This document shows, in pieces, positions 1 through 8,934 of a stretch of 32,000 nucleotides of DNA (within the stretch, counting starts at the first letter, position 1; each line of letters begins with the position of its first letter). The stretch covers positions 1 to 32,000 of the forward strand of contig CAYXAY010000003.1 of NCBI GenBank assembly GCA_964463155.1, read 5' to 3'. The stretch is from an uncultured archaeon. GTDB taxonomy: Archaea; Iainarchaeota; Iainarchaeia; Iainarchaeales; CSSED10-239. The notes under the pieces were generated by a model. The model was not told the origin of the DNA. It was given only the letters and a program-made list of their open reading frames with translations, and searched no databases. Both the position numbers and the translations under genes were made by a program.

Positions 1-178
1 TCCTAAGACCTCTGACTTTTGTTGTGAAGGTAGGATGTCTGTTTCTTTTTATTTGGTCAACAATATCTTTTGCTATATGAAGAGTTTTTGTTTCTATTTC
101 CTTTGTTGTCTCGGTCTCATATTTGTCAAGACCTTTGTGCTCGTGCTTTTTCCCTTTAGTTTCTTTTTTTGCAGCCAT
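1..178 (-). CDS. top6A: DNA topoisomerase VI subunit A, N-terminal fragment (continues past window start)
   Basis: ATG at 176-178 lies 15 nt downstream of the top6B stop, and the frame stays open to base 2 (MAAKKETKGKKHEHKGLDKYETE...RHPTFTTKVRGLR). The identity rests on the conserved archaeal top6B-top6A gene order. Only 59 codons are visible and no catalytic motif is in view. Confidence 0.5.
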   Translation of the reverse strand, partial: MAAKKETKGKKHEHKGLDKYETETTKEIETKTLHIAKDIVDQIKRNRHPTFTTKVRGLR

Positions 179-193
179 AAATAATCACTTTAT

Positions 194-1906
194 CTATTCT
201 TCAAACTCCTCATCCTCAACAACATTGTTTTCTTCACCAACAATCTCGTCTTCTTGAGAAACTATTCCTTGCTCTTCCATTTTTAGTTTTTCAAGAACCA
301 TGCGGTTTAGGTTTTTTAATAGAAACTCTTTATTTTTTTCTCCAGTTGTATGAACTAATGCATCAACAACATATGGAGTGTATTTCGCAAAGACCTTTTT
401 CTTTTCCTTTTTCTCTTCTTCTCTTTTCTTTTCAATAATATAGATTCCAACCTTTCTTGCAACATCCATCAATGCTAGTTTTATTTCACCAACAATGTCA
501 GGGTCATCAGAAACTGCAGATTTACCTGCTGATGTGTAAGGGATATGAACAGAGATTAGATTTACAAACACAGTAATTGGGCTAGTATCAAAATTTCCAA
601 TACCGTATCTTTTCCAATCAACTGATTCTACTGTTTTAGTTATTGAACAGCCACCGGCATCAAATAATAATGGGGCTTTGTTTGCATATCTTATGATTTC
701 TGAAGCCCTTACTTCTTCAGTTACTACTTCTTTACCATGTGTTTTTTCAACAGAAATTAATTTTCCAGCTCTACCACCATAAGCAACTGCAGCTTCTATC
801 TGGAAAGCATAACCGCCTTGATACACTGTTGGTTTTCTTGTAACAACTGCTAAAAATTCAGGTTCAACAATTGACTTTAATGATTTTTTAATATGTTCTT
901 CGCCTATTGGAACAAGATTGTCTGTGCTTGGCGCAATGAATTTTGTTTGCTTAATTGCTTTTATCAAATCCTCGGCTTCTTCCCAGGTTAATGCTCTTGG
1001 GTCCTTGTTTAAATCAAAATGGACCAATGATTGAACATTGTCAACAGAAGTTTGTCCAAACCTGTCAAAGGTTGTCATCAAAAAAGAATTTATTTTTCTG
1101 GAACCTGTTGCGTGTCTTGCATAGCTTAGCATCTCATCAACTGTTAATCCTTTTGGATGAGGTTTAACAGCTGTTGGAATATTTGGAAGCTTATTAACTG
1201 TTCTTGTGTATTTTATTACTTCATTAAATGGGTCTTGGAAAGATAATATTAGGTGAGGATTTGCTATTGCTGTTCTTCTTAGATACTCGTCAACACTTGA
1301 TTGTCCTTTCTTATATATTATGTCTTTGAATTTACATTTGATTGCAAGCCCTTTAAATTTGTTTTCAAGATGATGTTTGTCAGAAACCTTTGGTGTGTTT
1401 GTCTTACTATCTATTAATATCTCCATAGACACCGCTTTTCCTTTGTTTGTTCCAGAAATTATTTTTGTTGGTTTTCCTGTTGTCATTTGTGACAAAAGAA
1501 TAATTCCACTAACGCCGATTCCTTGCTGTCCTCTTGTTTGAACTAATCTGTGGAATTTTGTTCCTGCAAGAAGTTTTCCCATTGCACTAGCTAATTTATC
1601 TTCTGGTATTCCTGGACCATTGTCTGTTACTGATATTTCATAATATTCTGAACCAAGTTCAGAGATGGCAACCTGGATATCAGGAAGGATGCCTGCTTCT
1701 TCACAAGCGTCTAGGGAATTAGTCACAAGCTCGTGGATAATTGTTGTCATTGTCCTTTGCTTACCGGAAAGGCCAAGCATCTGCTTGTTTTTCTTAAAGA
1801 AATCAGCTACAGAATGCTCTTTAAACTCTGTGAATAGCTGGTCTGCTCCAATTTCCTTTCTTGACTCTTCTTTTGCTTGCACTTTGGTGTTTTCTTTTAC
1901 TGGCAT
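194..1906 (-). CDS. top6B: DNA topoisomerase VI subunit B (GHKL/Bergerat-fold ATPase)
   Basis: 570 aa from ATG 1904-1906 (MPVKENTK...). GHKL motifs are readable: ELVTNSLDA (N box), DNGPGI (G1), GQQGIGVSG (G2). The 28 Y/I/F-rich codons upstream in the track ORF (1907-1990) look like AT-rich promoter, not protein. TAG stop. Confidence 0.93.
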   Translation of the reverse strand: MPVKENTKVQAKEESRKEIGADQLFTEFKEHSVADFFKKNKQMLGLSGKQRTMTTIIHELVTNSLDACEEAGILPDIQVAISELGSEYYEISVTDNGPGIPEDKLASAMGKLLAGTKFHRLVQTRGQQGIGVSGIILLSQMTTGKPTKIISGTNKGKAVSMEILIDSKTNTPKVSDKHHLENKFKGLAIKCKFKDIIYKKGQSSVDEYLRRTAIANPHLILSFQDPFNEVIKYTRTVNKLPNIPTAVKPHPKGLTVDEMLSYARHATGSRKINSFLMTTFDRFGQTSVDNVQSLVHFDLNKDPRALTWEEAEDLIKAIKQTKFIAPSTDNLVPIGEEHIKKSLKSIVEPEFLAVVTRKPTVYQGGYAFQIEAAVAYGGRAGKLISVEKTHGKEVVTEEVRASEIIRYANKAPLLFDAGGCSITKTVESVDWKRYGIGNFDTSPITVFVNLISVHIPYTSAGKSAVSDDPDIVGEIKLALMDVARKVGIYIIEKKREEEKKEKKKVFAKYTPYVVDALVHTTGEKNKEFLLKNLNRMVLEKLKMEEQGIVSQEDEIVGEENNVVEDEEFEE

Positions 1907-2033
1907 AATTATCACATAAAAATGGTATGTTGTCGTTATATTGTATATTATATATATTATATTTATAAATATATAGTAGTAGAAAAACAAACTATTTGTG
2001 AAACTCGTGCTTTATGTCATGTAATAGCATATC

Positions 2034-2480
2034 CTATTCTGATAATTGCTCTTTAGGAATATCTTTGTTTTGTGTTGCTTTCTTTTGTGCGGTTAAAACA
2101 TATTCTAATAATTTTTCTAAAGTGCGATGTTTGTTTTTGCGATGTTTTATAATTTCTCTAAAAGCAGTAGAGTAAGTGTGCATATCTCTTTCTATTATTG
2201 GATGTAGTTCTATAATCTGTTTTTCAAGTTCTTTTTCTATTTCTTTGATTAATTTATCATATTTTTTTATAATTTTTGAATCATTAGTATTGATGCTTGT
2301 TTTTGCTTTTGTTATATAACGAATCAATTTTGATAACTTGTACTTGTTTTTGCTTTGATTAGGATGCATACAAATTTCTCTAAAAGCAACACTATACATA
2401 TGTATGTCTCTATCTACTTGCTTATTTATTATTCTATTATTAATAATTCCTTGACGTTTGCGTTTTATATTTTTAAACAT
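2034..2480 (-). CDS. hypothetical alpha-helical protein with an internal duplication (two Rx4H-containing repeats)
   Basis: 148-aa ORF with an ATG start and TAG stop. Two about 19-aa blocks are near-identical: RDIHMYSVAFREICMH and RDMHTYSTAFREIIKH. I recognised no family. Confidence 0.55.
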   Translation of the reverse strand: MFKNIKRKRQGIINNRIINKQVDRDIHMYSVAFREICMHPNQSKNKYKLSKLIRYITKAKTSINTNDSKIIKKYDKLIKEIEKELEKQIIELHPIIERDMHTYSTAFREIIKHRKNKHRTLEKLLEYVLTAQKKATQNKDIPKEQLSE

Positions 2481-2485
2481 AGTGC

Positions 2486-3052
2486 TTATTCCTTAAAATC
2501 AATGTCATCAATTGGAGTTTCTTCTGTTTCTTTATAATTTTTTAAGGACCTATTGGATTTTAGCATTCTAAAGACAGTTGTGTGCTTACAGCCACCAATG
2601 ATTGCTTCTATTATTTCTTGAACCTTTACCATATCATCGGCTTTAGCAATCACAGAAACGGTTTTCCCAAAAACACTTATCTGGCAATTAAATTGTCTTT
2701 CTATCATGTTCTTTATTGAGCCCTCTCTACCAATAATTCTGCCTTTTATCTGCTCAAGACGACTTTCGTTTTTACCAATAACTTCTGGTATTGAAATTAT
2801 TTCAATTGTGTAATCATCTTTAAGAATAAGAAACGCATGCTCTGGAGAAAAGCCTCTAGAGATTGCAGAAATTATTTTTTTTGCATTATAGATGTCATAG
2901 TAATTGTTCCAACCAACAATAGTTATATCCCCTGTATGGCTGTCTATTTCCAGTTTTGTTTTTGTTTTCTTTTCAATTACTCTTTTTATTTGACCATTAG
3001 GGCCAATTATTACAGGTATTCTTTGATGAGTGACTTTAATTATCTCTTCCAT
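2486..3052 (-). CDS. KH-domain RNA-binding protein (archaeal Dim2/Pno1-like)
   Basis: 188 aa with two KH-type GxxG loops (IIGPNGQIKRVIE and IIGREGSIKNMIE). It overlaps the RIO kinase gene by 17 nt. The aIF1A - RIO - KH gene order is a conserved archaeal cluster. Confidence 0.8.
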   Translation of the reverse strand: MEEIIKVTHQRIPVIIGPNGQIKRVIEKKTKTKLEIDSHTGDITIVGWNNYYDIYNAKKIISAISRGFSPEHAFLILKDDYTIEIISIPEVIGKNESRLEQIKGRIIGREGSIKNMIERQFNCQISVFGKTVSVIAKADDMVKVQEIIEAIIGGCKHTTVFRMLKSNRSLKNYKETEETPIDDIDFKE

Positions 3053-3770
3053 AAATTTCTTTTTTCTTGTTTTTGATGTCTTCTAAAAACTTTTTAGGAG
3101 TTGTGTTTTTTTCTGGAAATCTTTTTGTTAGGAATTCTGTAATGTTTAGAATGTCTCTTTTTAAAAACTCTTTTGCTTTTGGATGGTTTTGCAAAACCGC
3201 TTGGCCAACATCAATTATGGTAATCTTTTGTGTTTTTGGATTAATCAAGATATTGAATGCAGAAAAGTCTGCATGAACTAGCCTTGCACCATAAAGCATT
3301 TTTGAATAGTTGTCAACTATTTGCTGATAGACGGTGTCAAAATCAAAATCTATTTTTGTAAGTTGGGGATGAGGGATGTTATCTTTACCAATAAAGGACA
3401 TTATTAGAATGTTTTTTTCTCTTGCTATAGGAACAGGAACAACTACTCCGTTGTTAAGAGCCAGAGTAAGGTTTTTGTATTCTTTACTTGCCCATATCAA
3501 GATTGTGTCTCTTTTGTCTTTTTTTAAATATTTAAATCTGTAGTCCCCCTTTATATATTTGTTCATGTTTTTGAATTTACTTGTTTCTATCTTGTAAATC
3601 TTAGCAACAAGAGAAGTGTCTCCTAGGTGACCTAAGAAAGTAACTGCCTCTTTTCCTGATGAGATTGGAGAATCTATTGAATCAAAAATGTGGTTGTTTG
3701 ATAACTTAAATAATGCTTCGTGTGTCTGTGCATCAAAAACATAATTTTCTATTCTTTTTGTGTCTAACAT
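3036..3770 (-). CDS. rio1: RIO-type serine/threonine protein kinase (Rio1-like, no N-terminal wHTH)
   Basis: 244 aa. Readable motifs are the nucleotide-binding stretch ISSGKEAVTF...VAKIYK, the catalytic loop LVHADFSAFNILI and the metal-binding IIDVGQAV. Confidence 0.9.
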   Translation of the reverse strand: MLDTKRIENYVFDAQTHEALFKLSNNHIFDSIDSPISSGKEAVTFLGHLGDTSLVAKIYKIETSKFKNMNKYIKGDYRFKYLKKDKRDTILIWASKEYKNLTLALNNGVVVPVPIAREKNILIMSFIGKDNIPHPQLTKIDFDFDTVYQQIVDNYSKMLYGARLVHADFSAFNILINPKTQKITIIDVGQAVLQNHPKAKEFLKRDILNITEFLTKRFPEKNTTPKKFLEDIKNKKKEIYGRDN

Positions 3771-3796
3771 AATTATCTAAAATAAGAGAAGATAAT

Positions 3797-4270
3797 TTAT
3801 TCTTTATCTTCAATATTCTCTTCTTCTGTTTCTTCTTTAACAGTTTCGTCTTTTGTTTTTAGAATTTCTCTTGGAATATTACTGACTTCATCGTGAGTGT
3901 ACTCATAAAGCTTTGTTAGTTCGCCTTTTCTTTCAAGATAATTCTTTTGAAAACCTTGATATCTCCAAATAACATCTGCTTTTCTTGGCTGGAAATCCCA
4001 TAGTTTTACAATCACTATGTCATTTGCCTTTAGCCAGACGTGCTTGAAAAGTTTTCCAGGAATTCTGCACATTCGGTCTTGGTCGTCTTCACAAGCAATC
4101 TTGACTTGGTTTGAACCCATCAATTGTATGACTTTTCCATACATTTCTAATTCTTTTCTAAATGGGGTTCTTATTTTTCTGAAAGCATTTGGGTCTTGTT
4201 CTGCTACCCTTTGTTGCTTGTTAAAATATGCGGGCTTGTGTGCTCCTGTTGTTGGCTTGTTAAATTTCAT
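3797..4270 (-). CDS. eif1a: translation initiation factor aIF-1A
   Basis: 157 aa. The S1/OB core reads YGKVIQLMGSNQVKIACEDDQDRMCRIPGKLFKHVWLKANDIVIVKLWDF...KADVIWRY, followed by an acidic C-terminal tail. Confidence 0.9.
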   Translation of the reverse strand: MKFNKPTTGAHKPAYFNKQQRVAEQDPNAFRKIRTPFRKELEMYGKVIQLMGSNQVKIACEDDQDRMCRIPGKLFKHVWLKANDIVIVKLWDFQPRKADVIWRYQGFQKNYLERKGELTKLYEYTHDEVSNIPREILKTKDETVKEETEEENIEDKE

Positions 4271-4285
4271 TTATTTTCTTTCTCC

Positions 4286-4486
4286 TTATTTTATTTTAAA
4301 TTTATTAAAACCGTTTTTCGTTATTTTGATTATTGCTTCTAATGCCTTTTTCTCTTCTTCTGAAATATTGCTTGGTTTTATTTCTCTTTCATTTATTAAT
4401 TCTAATTGCAACTCTAATAATTTTAATTTTGCTTCGTATGTCTTTTTGCCGTAATATTCTTCTTTTTTAAATATTCTATTAACCAT
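4286..4486 (-). CDS. hypothetical small coiled-coil protein
   Basis: 66-aa ORF from ATG 4484-4486, K/E-rich. The same frame is open for 40 further codons upstream without a canonical start, so the true N-terminus is uncertain. Confidence 0.4.
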   Translation of the reverse strand: MVNRIFKKEEYYGKKTYEAKLKLLELQLELINEREIKPSNISEEEKKALEAIIKITKNGFNKFKIK

Positions 4487-4609
4487 TGCTTCTATTTGTT
4501 TATTAAAGTCATTGAATGCCTCAGATCTTTTTTGTTGCTTGAATTGTGTAATTTCTATGCCTCTTTGGTGTTTTGAAAATTGCTTTGGTTTTTTCGGTGC
4601 CGTAGATCA

Positions 4610-4900
4610 TCACATTTTATATATTTGTGTGTGAGATATTTTATTTATTTTAATTATGTGGGTCTTTGTAATTATGTTTTTTTCTAATAGTTTTTTACAA
4701 ATCTTGTTCCCAAAAATGTTGGCACAATCACAAGTGTCTAGATTTTTAAATAAATCCTTTTCTGTAATTGGTTTATCTCCATAAAAAGACTTAGAGAGAT
4801 GTATTTCAAAATCTTTAGTTTTTATTTTAGTATCTAATAATTCTTTATCACAACAAGCAAATATTTTTTTATCCAAAAGATTATGAACTTTTCCAATCAT
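4610..4900 (-). CDS. DUF424-like small archaeal protein
   Basis: 96 aa. The pattern ...FACCDKELLDTK...HLSKSFYGDKPITEKDL...ANIFGNKI...INKISHTQIY resembles the archaeal DUF424 family. It sits next to aIF-2 beta and ends in tandem TGA TGA stops. Confidence 0.55.
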   Translation of the reverse strand: MIGKVHNLLDKKIFACCDKELLDTKIKTKDFEIHLSKSFYGDKPITEKDLFKNLDTCDCANIFGNKICKKLLEKNIITKTHIIKINKISHTQIYKM

Positions 4901-4912
4901 CTATCTATCTCC

Positions 4913-5359
4913 TTATAGCTTTGGGAGGGGGGTTACTGCTCCGCAAGCTGTGCATCTTAATATCTTGATGTTGTTTTTTGTTGATATTTGTGTGTCTGGT
5001 TTTTTACATGCAGAACACAAGACATAAGTATTAATAAACTTGTCAAGCATGTTATTGATCTTGTTGTTATCAAAGGTTCCGTTTAGAACCAATGATTGGT
5101 TGTTAACTATTGTTGAAGAAGTGCTGATTTCCTTCATAACAAACTTGTAAAGTAAATCTGTTTCTCTGTTTAGGTCTTTACTAATCTTTACAAAGTTTTT
5201 CCAGATAGTTTGCTTTCCTTGAATCATTGATTGAGCTCTTGGTATCTCAAATCTTGTGCCTTCTTTTGCCTTTGAAGACAAGGACATATATAGTCTGTCA
5301 AGTAGCATATTATAGTCTAAATCTATTTTTTCAGTACCTTTTTCTTTTGCTTTTACCAT
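4913..5359 (-). CDS. eif2b: translation initiation factor aIF-2 subunit beta
   Basis: 148 aa. The central eIF2beta/eIF5-type region reads LYKFVMKEISTSSTI...LVLNGTF. The C-terminal zinc ribbon reads CSACKKPDT...LRCTACGA. Confidence 0.9.
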   Translation of the reverse strand: MVKAKEKGTEKIDLDYNMLLDRLYMSLSSKAKEGTRFEIPRAQSMIQGKQTIWKNFVKISKDLNRETDLLYKFVMKEISTSSTIVNNQSLVLNGTFDNNKINNMLDKFINTYVLCSACKKPDTQISTKNNIKILRCTACGAVTPLPKL

Positions 5360-5446
5360 ATATATAATATAGCATAAATGCTTTTATAAAGCTATTTAGT
5401 TAAGACAACAAATCTGTTTTTAATTGTTAGCATAATAGAAATATAT

Positions 5447-5836
5447 GTGTCAAAAAAAAATAAACGCTTGGTTTCTGAATTGTTTAAACCAGGAAAAATC
5501 GCAATATATGTTTTTGTGGTTGTTATTTCTTTGATTATTGGTTTTGCAATTTTGAGTTTTGTTTATAGTTTTAATAAAGGATACAAATACAAAGATGAAG
5601 CTATTGTTAATTGTATTGCCACTTGTAAAGAAAAGATAGGGAAAGGAGAAATGATGGCTTCTGGTCCTTGCATCTCTAATTCTGTTGCTCCTGATTGGGT
5701 TTGTGATTCTATTAGTGTTCCTAGAAATAAGTTTGTTGATAACCAATCGGAAAACCAATGTGAGGCATATAGGGATGGAACAAATAAACATTTTGTAGAA
5801 GTTAGCACAACTTGTGAGTTTATTAGGGCCCATTAA
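5447..5836 (+). CDS. hypothetical membrane-anchored Cys-rich protein
   Basis: 129-aa ORF with a GTG start, one N-terminal TM helix (IAIYVFVVVISLIIGFAILSFVY) and 8 Cys in the extracytoplasmic part. It converges on, and overlaps by 4 nt, the presenilin-like gene. Confidence 0.5.
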   Translation: MSKKNKRLVSELFKPGKIAIYVFVVVISLIIGFAILSFVYSFNKGYKYKDEAIVNCIATCKEKIGKGEMMASGPCISNSVAPDWVCDSISVPRNKFVDNQSENQCEAYRDGTNKHFVEVSTTCEFIRAH

Positions 5837-6681
5837 AATATTATTAATGTTAGCATAATGACTATTATCATTAATACAACTTGTATTGGAAGAGCAGGAA
5901 GCGCCTTTACTTTTTTTCTGTATCTGTCAAGTATGTAAAAGGTTATTGCAAGACCTGCAATTGATGCTATCCAGATAAGTGTTACTGGAATTATGGTTGT
6001 TGTGATTGTGTGCTTTTTTATCAGTATTGAAAAAAGACTTGAAGACACAACTGCAGGAATCACCAGATCTCCGCCTCCAAGCTTGTATTCTCTTTTCTTG
6101 CTTGGAAGAACAAAGATTAGAGATATTTTCTTTTTTATAATCATTTGGGCAAGAGTTACCATGTGCTTTGTGTAGAACACTGCTACGATATCATAGATTG
6201 CAAGAAGAATCAAAAGAGCAATGACTGGGATTATTCCAAGACCGAGCCCCATTATTGTTCCTGCTCCAGATATTGCGATTGCAAGAAGGGTATTGTTGTA
6301 CCATTTTGTGTAGCTGTTTTCTTTTTTTAAAAAATATTTAAGCATTAAAAGATAGATTGTGGAGATGTATGCAAGAACTACTGGAAGAACTATTGAAAAG
6401 ACCAGAGATATTCCTGTAAATAACGCTAAAAACTCAACAATAAACAAATAGTTTTGTGATTTGAATATTTTTCTTAAAACTATTATTGCGGTTGTAAAGA
6501 AAATTATGTAGCCTACAATGAATAGGGCGTTCCATATGCTATTTGGGTTTTTGCTAACAATTGATAGTTGTAGGTTTTGCGGTAGAAAATAAATGGTGAT
6601 AACTATACATAGTATTTGAACAAATAAAAATAATAACAGAAAAGAAACTATAAAGTTCTTATCCTTTAATGCGTTGTCCAT
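5833..6681 (-). CDS. presenilin/signal-peptide-peptidase-like intramembrane aspartyl protease
   Basis: 282 aa and polytopic. The signature triad is in the right order: YD (LAIYDIVAVF), GxGD (KLGGGDLVIP) and PAL (KALPALPIQ). Confidence 0.85.
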   Translation of the reverse strand: MDNALKDKNFIVSFLLLFLFVQILCIVITIYFLPQNLQLSIVSKNPNSIWNALFIVGYIIFFTTAIIVLRKIFKSQNYLFIVEFLALFTGISLVFSIVLPVVLAYISTIYLLMLKYFLKKENSYTKWYNNTLLAIAISGAGTIMGLGLGIIPVIALLILLAIYDIVAVFYTKHMVTLAQMIIKKKISLIFVLPSKKREYKLGGGDLVIPAVVSSSLFSILIKKHTITTTIIPVTLIWIASIAGLAITFYILDRYRKKVKALPALPIQVVLMIIVIMLTLIIF

Positions 6682-6694
6682 GGTTTTTTGTCCT

Positions 6695-8821
6695 TTACAG
6701 AGATGTGTTATCCACAGGTTTTAAATAACCATTCTTTGGCTCGTAAAGCTCACCTGATTTTTTTAGCTTTGATATGGCATCCATTAACTTGTCTCTTCCT
6801 ATATTTTGCTTTTCCATAGTATCTATTATGTTTGATAATGTCACTGGGTTTCCGTCTGATGTCAGATCTTTAATGATGTTTAGTACTCTTTTAATAAATT
6901 GCCTTTCGCTTGTTGAGGTTCCTGTTGTTATTATGTCAATGTCAATTTTTCCGGTCTCAAGGTCTATTGCTGTTTGTTCAAGAGAAATCTTAAAGATTCT
7001 TATTGCTCTTTGGGCGTCTTCAAGCTCTATTTCGTGTTTTAGTCTTACTTTTGCGCTTGCCTCTGATAATCTTATTAAACCTTCAAGCTGTCTTGGCGTT
7101 GCTCCAAAGCTTTCTGATTTTCTTCCAAGATCTCTTAAGTCAATGTAATAGTTTAGGATTTTTTCAGAAGCGTCTTTGCTTAGTTTTGGTCTTATCTGTT
7201 GACGAGCATAGGCAACATATTTCTTAAAGACATTTGGGTCAATCTTTGGAAGAACTGTGTCTTGGATTTTTTCCATTTCTTCTTTTGTTAGTTCTCCTTC
7301 GGGAGCCGCTAATTTTTGTGCTGCTTCTTGGACATCAATTATGTGTTTTCCAAGCTCTATATCAAGATTTCTATTAAGAACATCTCTAATAATGAAATAT
7401 AAATCAAATCTTGAAAGAAGAGAGAATGGTAAATCTATTTGCTCTATTGGGTTTTTGTATTTATCAAATCTGTTTAGTTTTGGATTTGCTGCTGCAAGAA
7501 TAGATGTGTCTGCTCTAAACTTTGCATAAAGCCCAGCTTTAGAAACAGAAACTGTTGCTTGAGCCATTGCTTCATGAAGAGTGCTTCTATCTTCTGTCTC
7601 CATCTTATCAAACTCATCAATCATTGCTATTCCACCAGAAGCTAAAATTACTGCTCCTGCTTTTAATGTCCAGCCGCCTTCTCCAAAATCATCTTTTACT
7701 GCTGAGACTGTTAAACCTGCTCCACTTGCGCTTTTTCCTGAAACAAAGATTGATTTTGGTGCAATTGTTGCTGCGTTTCTTAAAAGTTCGGACTTTCCGG
7801 TTGATGGGTCACCGACTAGAAGGATGTGAATGTTCCCTCTAAACTCCTGCTTTTGAACTTTCTTTTTTACGCCACCAAACATTTGAAGAGTAATTGCTTC
7901 TTTAACAACTTCGTGACCGTAGATTTTTGGAGCAATTGACTGGGCTAATAATTCGTAGATGTCTTCCTTTTTTGAAAGCTGTTTGATTTCATCTACTTCA
8001 TCAGGAGAGATATCAAGCTCTTCAAACTCTTGGTCGACTTTTTCAACATGGTTTGCTATCATGTATTTGTTAAACATGTTTGTGTCTTTTTGCGGTTTTA
8101 GTTTTACAATGCCAGTCACTATTATTTTGTCACCTGCCGAACATGAATTAACAAGGTCATCAGAGATATATACTTCAACATGGTTTGCTTGCTCGCTACC
8201 CTTTAAATTTTCAATTGGTTCTTGGATTTCTATTTTTTGATAATCTATGAATTTGCTTTGCTCCAAGTCTAAATCAAACTCCCTTGATTTACAATCACAC
8301 ATTGCTGGTTTTGTTAATTGTTGTGTTGTTTGCTTGATGTTGTAGCTGTTCTGGCATTTTCTACAAACAAAATGCGCTTCAATCATCTTTTGTAGTCTTT
8401 CTGTAATTTGTCTTATCATTCCTTCTGCTGAGATTAATGATGTTAGGTGCTTGGAACCAATGTCTCTTATCTCTACTCTGTATTCCTCAGGGAGATTAAA
8501 AAATCTAATGTGCGGCTCAAACTTTTGATCTGTTTGTTCAAGGATACCAACATCAATCTTTCTTAGAGCAGCAGTTGCTGCTTCAATAATTAGGTTTGGG
8601 TTTTCAATTAATCTTTCTGCTATGTTTAAATCAAAAGCTTCAAGTTTTTTGTAATCTATATCTTGGCTTTTCTTTTCTGGATAATTAGATGCTAGGATTT
8701 CAATTTCTCTTTTGTAAACGGCATTAAGAAACTCTTCAAAAATAGAAATGTATTCGTCAAGTGCAAGATTGGTTGATTCGGTTGTTATCTGATCTAGTTC
8801 ATCAAAATCAAATTCACTCAT
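6695..8821 (-). CDS. mcm: MCM replicative helicase
   Basis: 708 aa from ATG 8819-8821, preceded by GGTG; the track ORF begins 3 codons earlier at GTG. Readable motifs are the zinc motif CRKCQN...CDCKS, Walker A GDPSTGKS, Walker B MIDEFDKM and the arginine finger SRFDL. Confidence 0.95.
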   Translation of the reverse strand: MSEFDFDELDQITTESTNLALDEYISIFEEFLNAVYKREIEILASNYPEKKSQDIDYKKLEAFDLNIAERLIENPNLIIEAATAALRKIDVGILEQTDQKFEPHIRFFNLPEEYRVEIRDIGSKHLTSLISAEGMIRQITERLQKMIEAHFVCRKCQNSYNIKQTTQQLTKPAMCDCKSREFDLDLEQSKFIDYQKIEIQEPIENLKGSEQANHVEVYISDDLVNSCSAGDKIIVTGIVKLKPQKDTNMFNKYMIANHVEKVDQEFEELDISPDEVDEIKQLSKKEDIYELLAQSIAPKIYGHEVVKEAITLQMFGGVKKKVQKQEFRGNIHILLVGDPSTGKSELLRNAATIAPKSIFVSGKSASGAGLTVSAVKDDFGEGGWTLKAGAVILASGGIAMIDEFDKMETEDRSTLHEAMAQATVSVSKAGLYAKFRADTSILAAANPKLNRFDKYKNPIEQIDLPFSLLSRFDLYFIIRDVLNRNLDIELGKHIIDVQEAAQKLAAPEGELTKEEMEKIQDTVLPKIDPNVFKKYVAYARQQIRPKLSKDASEKILNYYIDLRDLGRKSESFGATPRQLEGLIRLSEASAKVRLKHEIELEDAQRAIRIFKISLEQTAIDLETGKIDIDIITTGTSTSERQFIKRVLNIIKDLTSDGNPVTLSNIIDTMEKQNIGRDKLMDAISKLKKSGELYEPKNGYLKPVDNTSL

Positions 8822-8934
8822 TTTTTGCACCTTTATATTATATTTGCATCAAAGTAGTTATATGGTTGCTTATTTAGGTTTTCTTGTAATTACGCATAAA
8901 AACTAACAAAATCAATACAGGAAGTAAGGGGGAT

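Noticed and set aside
1907-1990. N-terminal extension of the top6B ORF in the track (MFFYYYIFINIIYIIYNITTTYHFYVII).
   Set aside because: It is pure Y/I/F/N translation of AT-rich upstream DNA. The conserved protein begins at MPVKENTK (ATG 1904-1906).
4487-4609. The frame of the 66-aa ORF stays open for 40 codons upstream, in frame with the DUF424-like gene. This suggested stop-codon read-through or a fusion protein.
   Set aside because: The DUF424-like gene ends in two consecutive TGA codons (4607-4612), which argues against read-through. No canonical start exists in the open stretch, so I kept the ATG at 4486 and flagged the N-terminus as uncertain.
5450-5833. Two minus-strand ORFs (127 and 81 aa) overlapping the plus-strand 5447-5836 ORF.
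   Set aside because: The plus-strand product has a clean signal-anchor helix and a Cys-rich ectodomain. The antisense translations are low-complexity. The choice of strand is still only moderately confident.
955-8240. Plus-strand ORFs of 60-145 aa inside top6B, KH, RIO, aIF1A, the presenilin-like gene and MCM (e.g. 955-1167, 1665-1919, 4017-4454, 6774-7148, 7555-7842).
   Set aside because: All are antisense to strongly supported genes and have low-complexity L/S/F-rich translations with no motifs.
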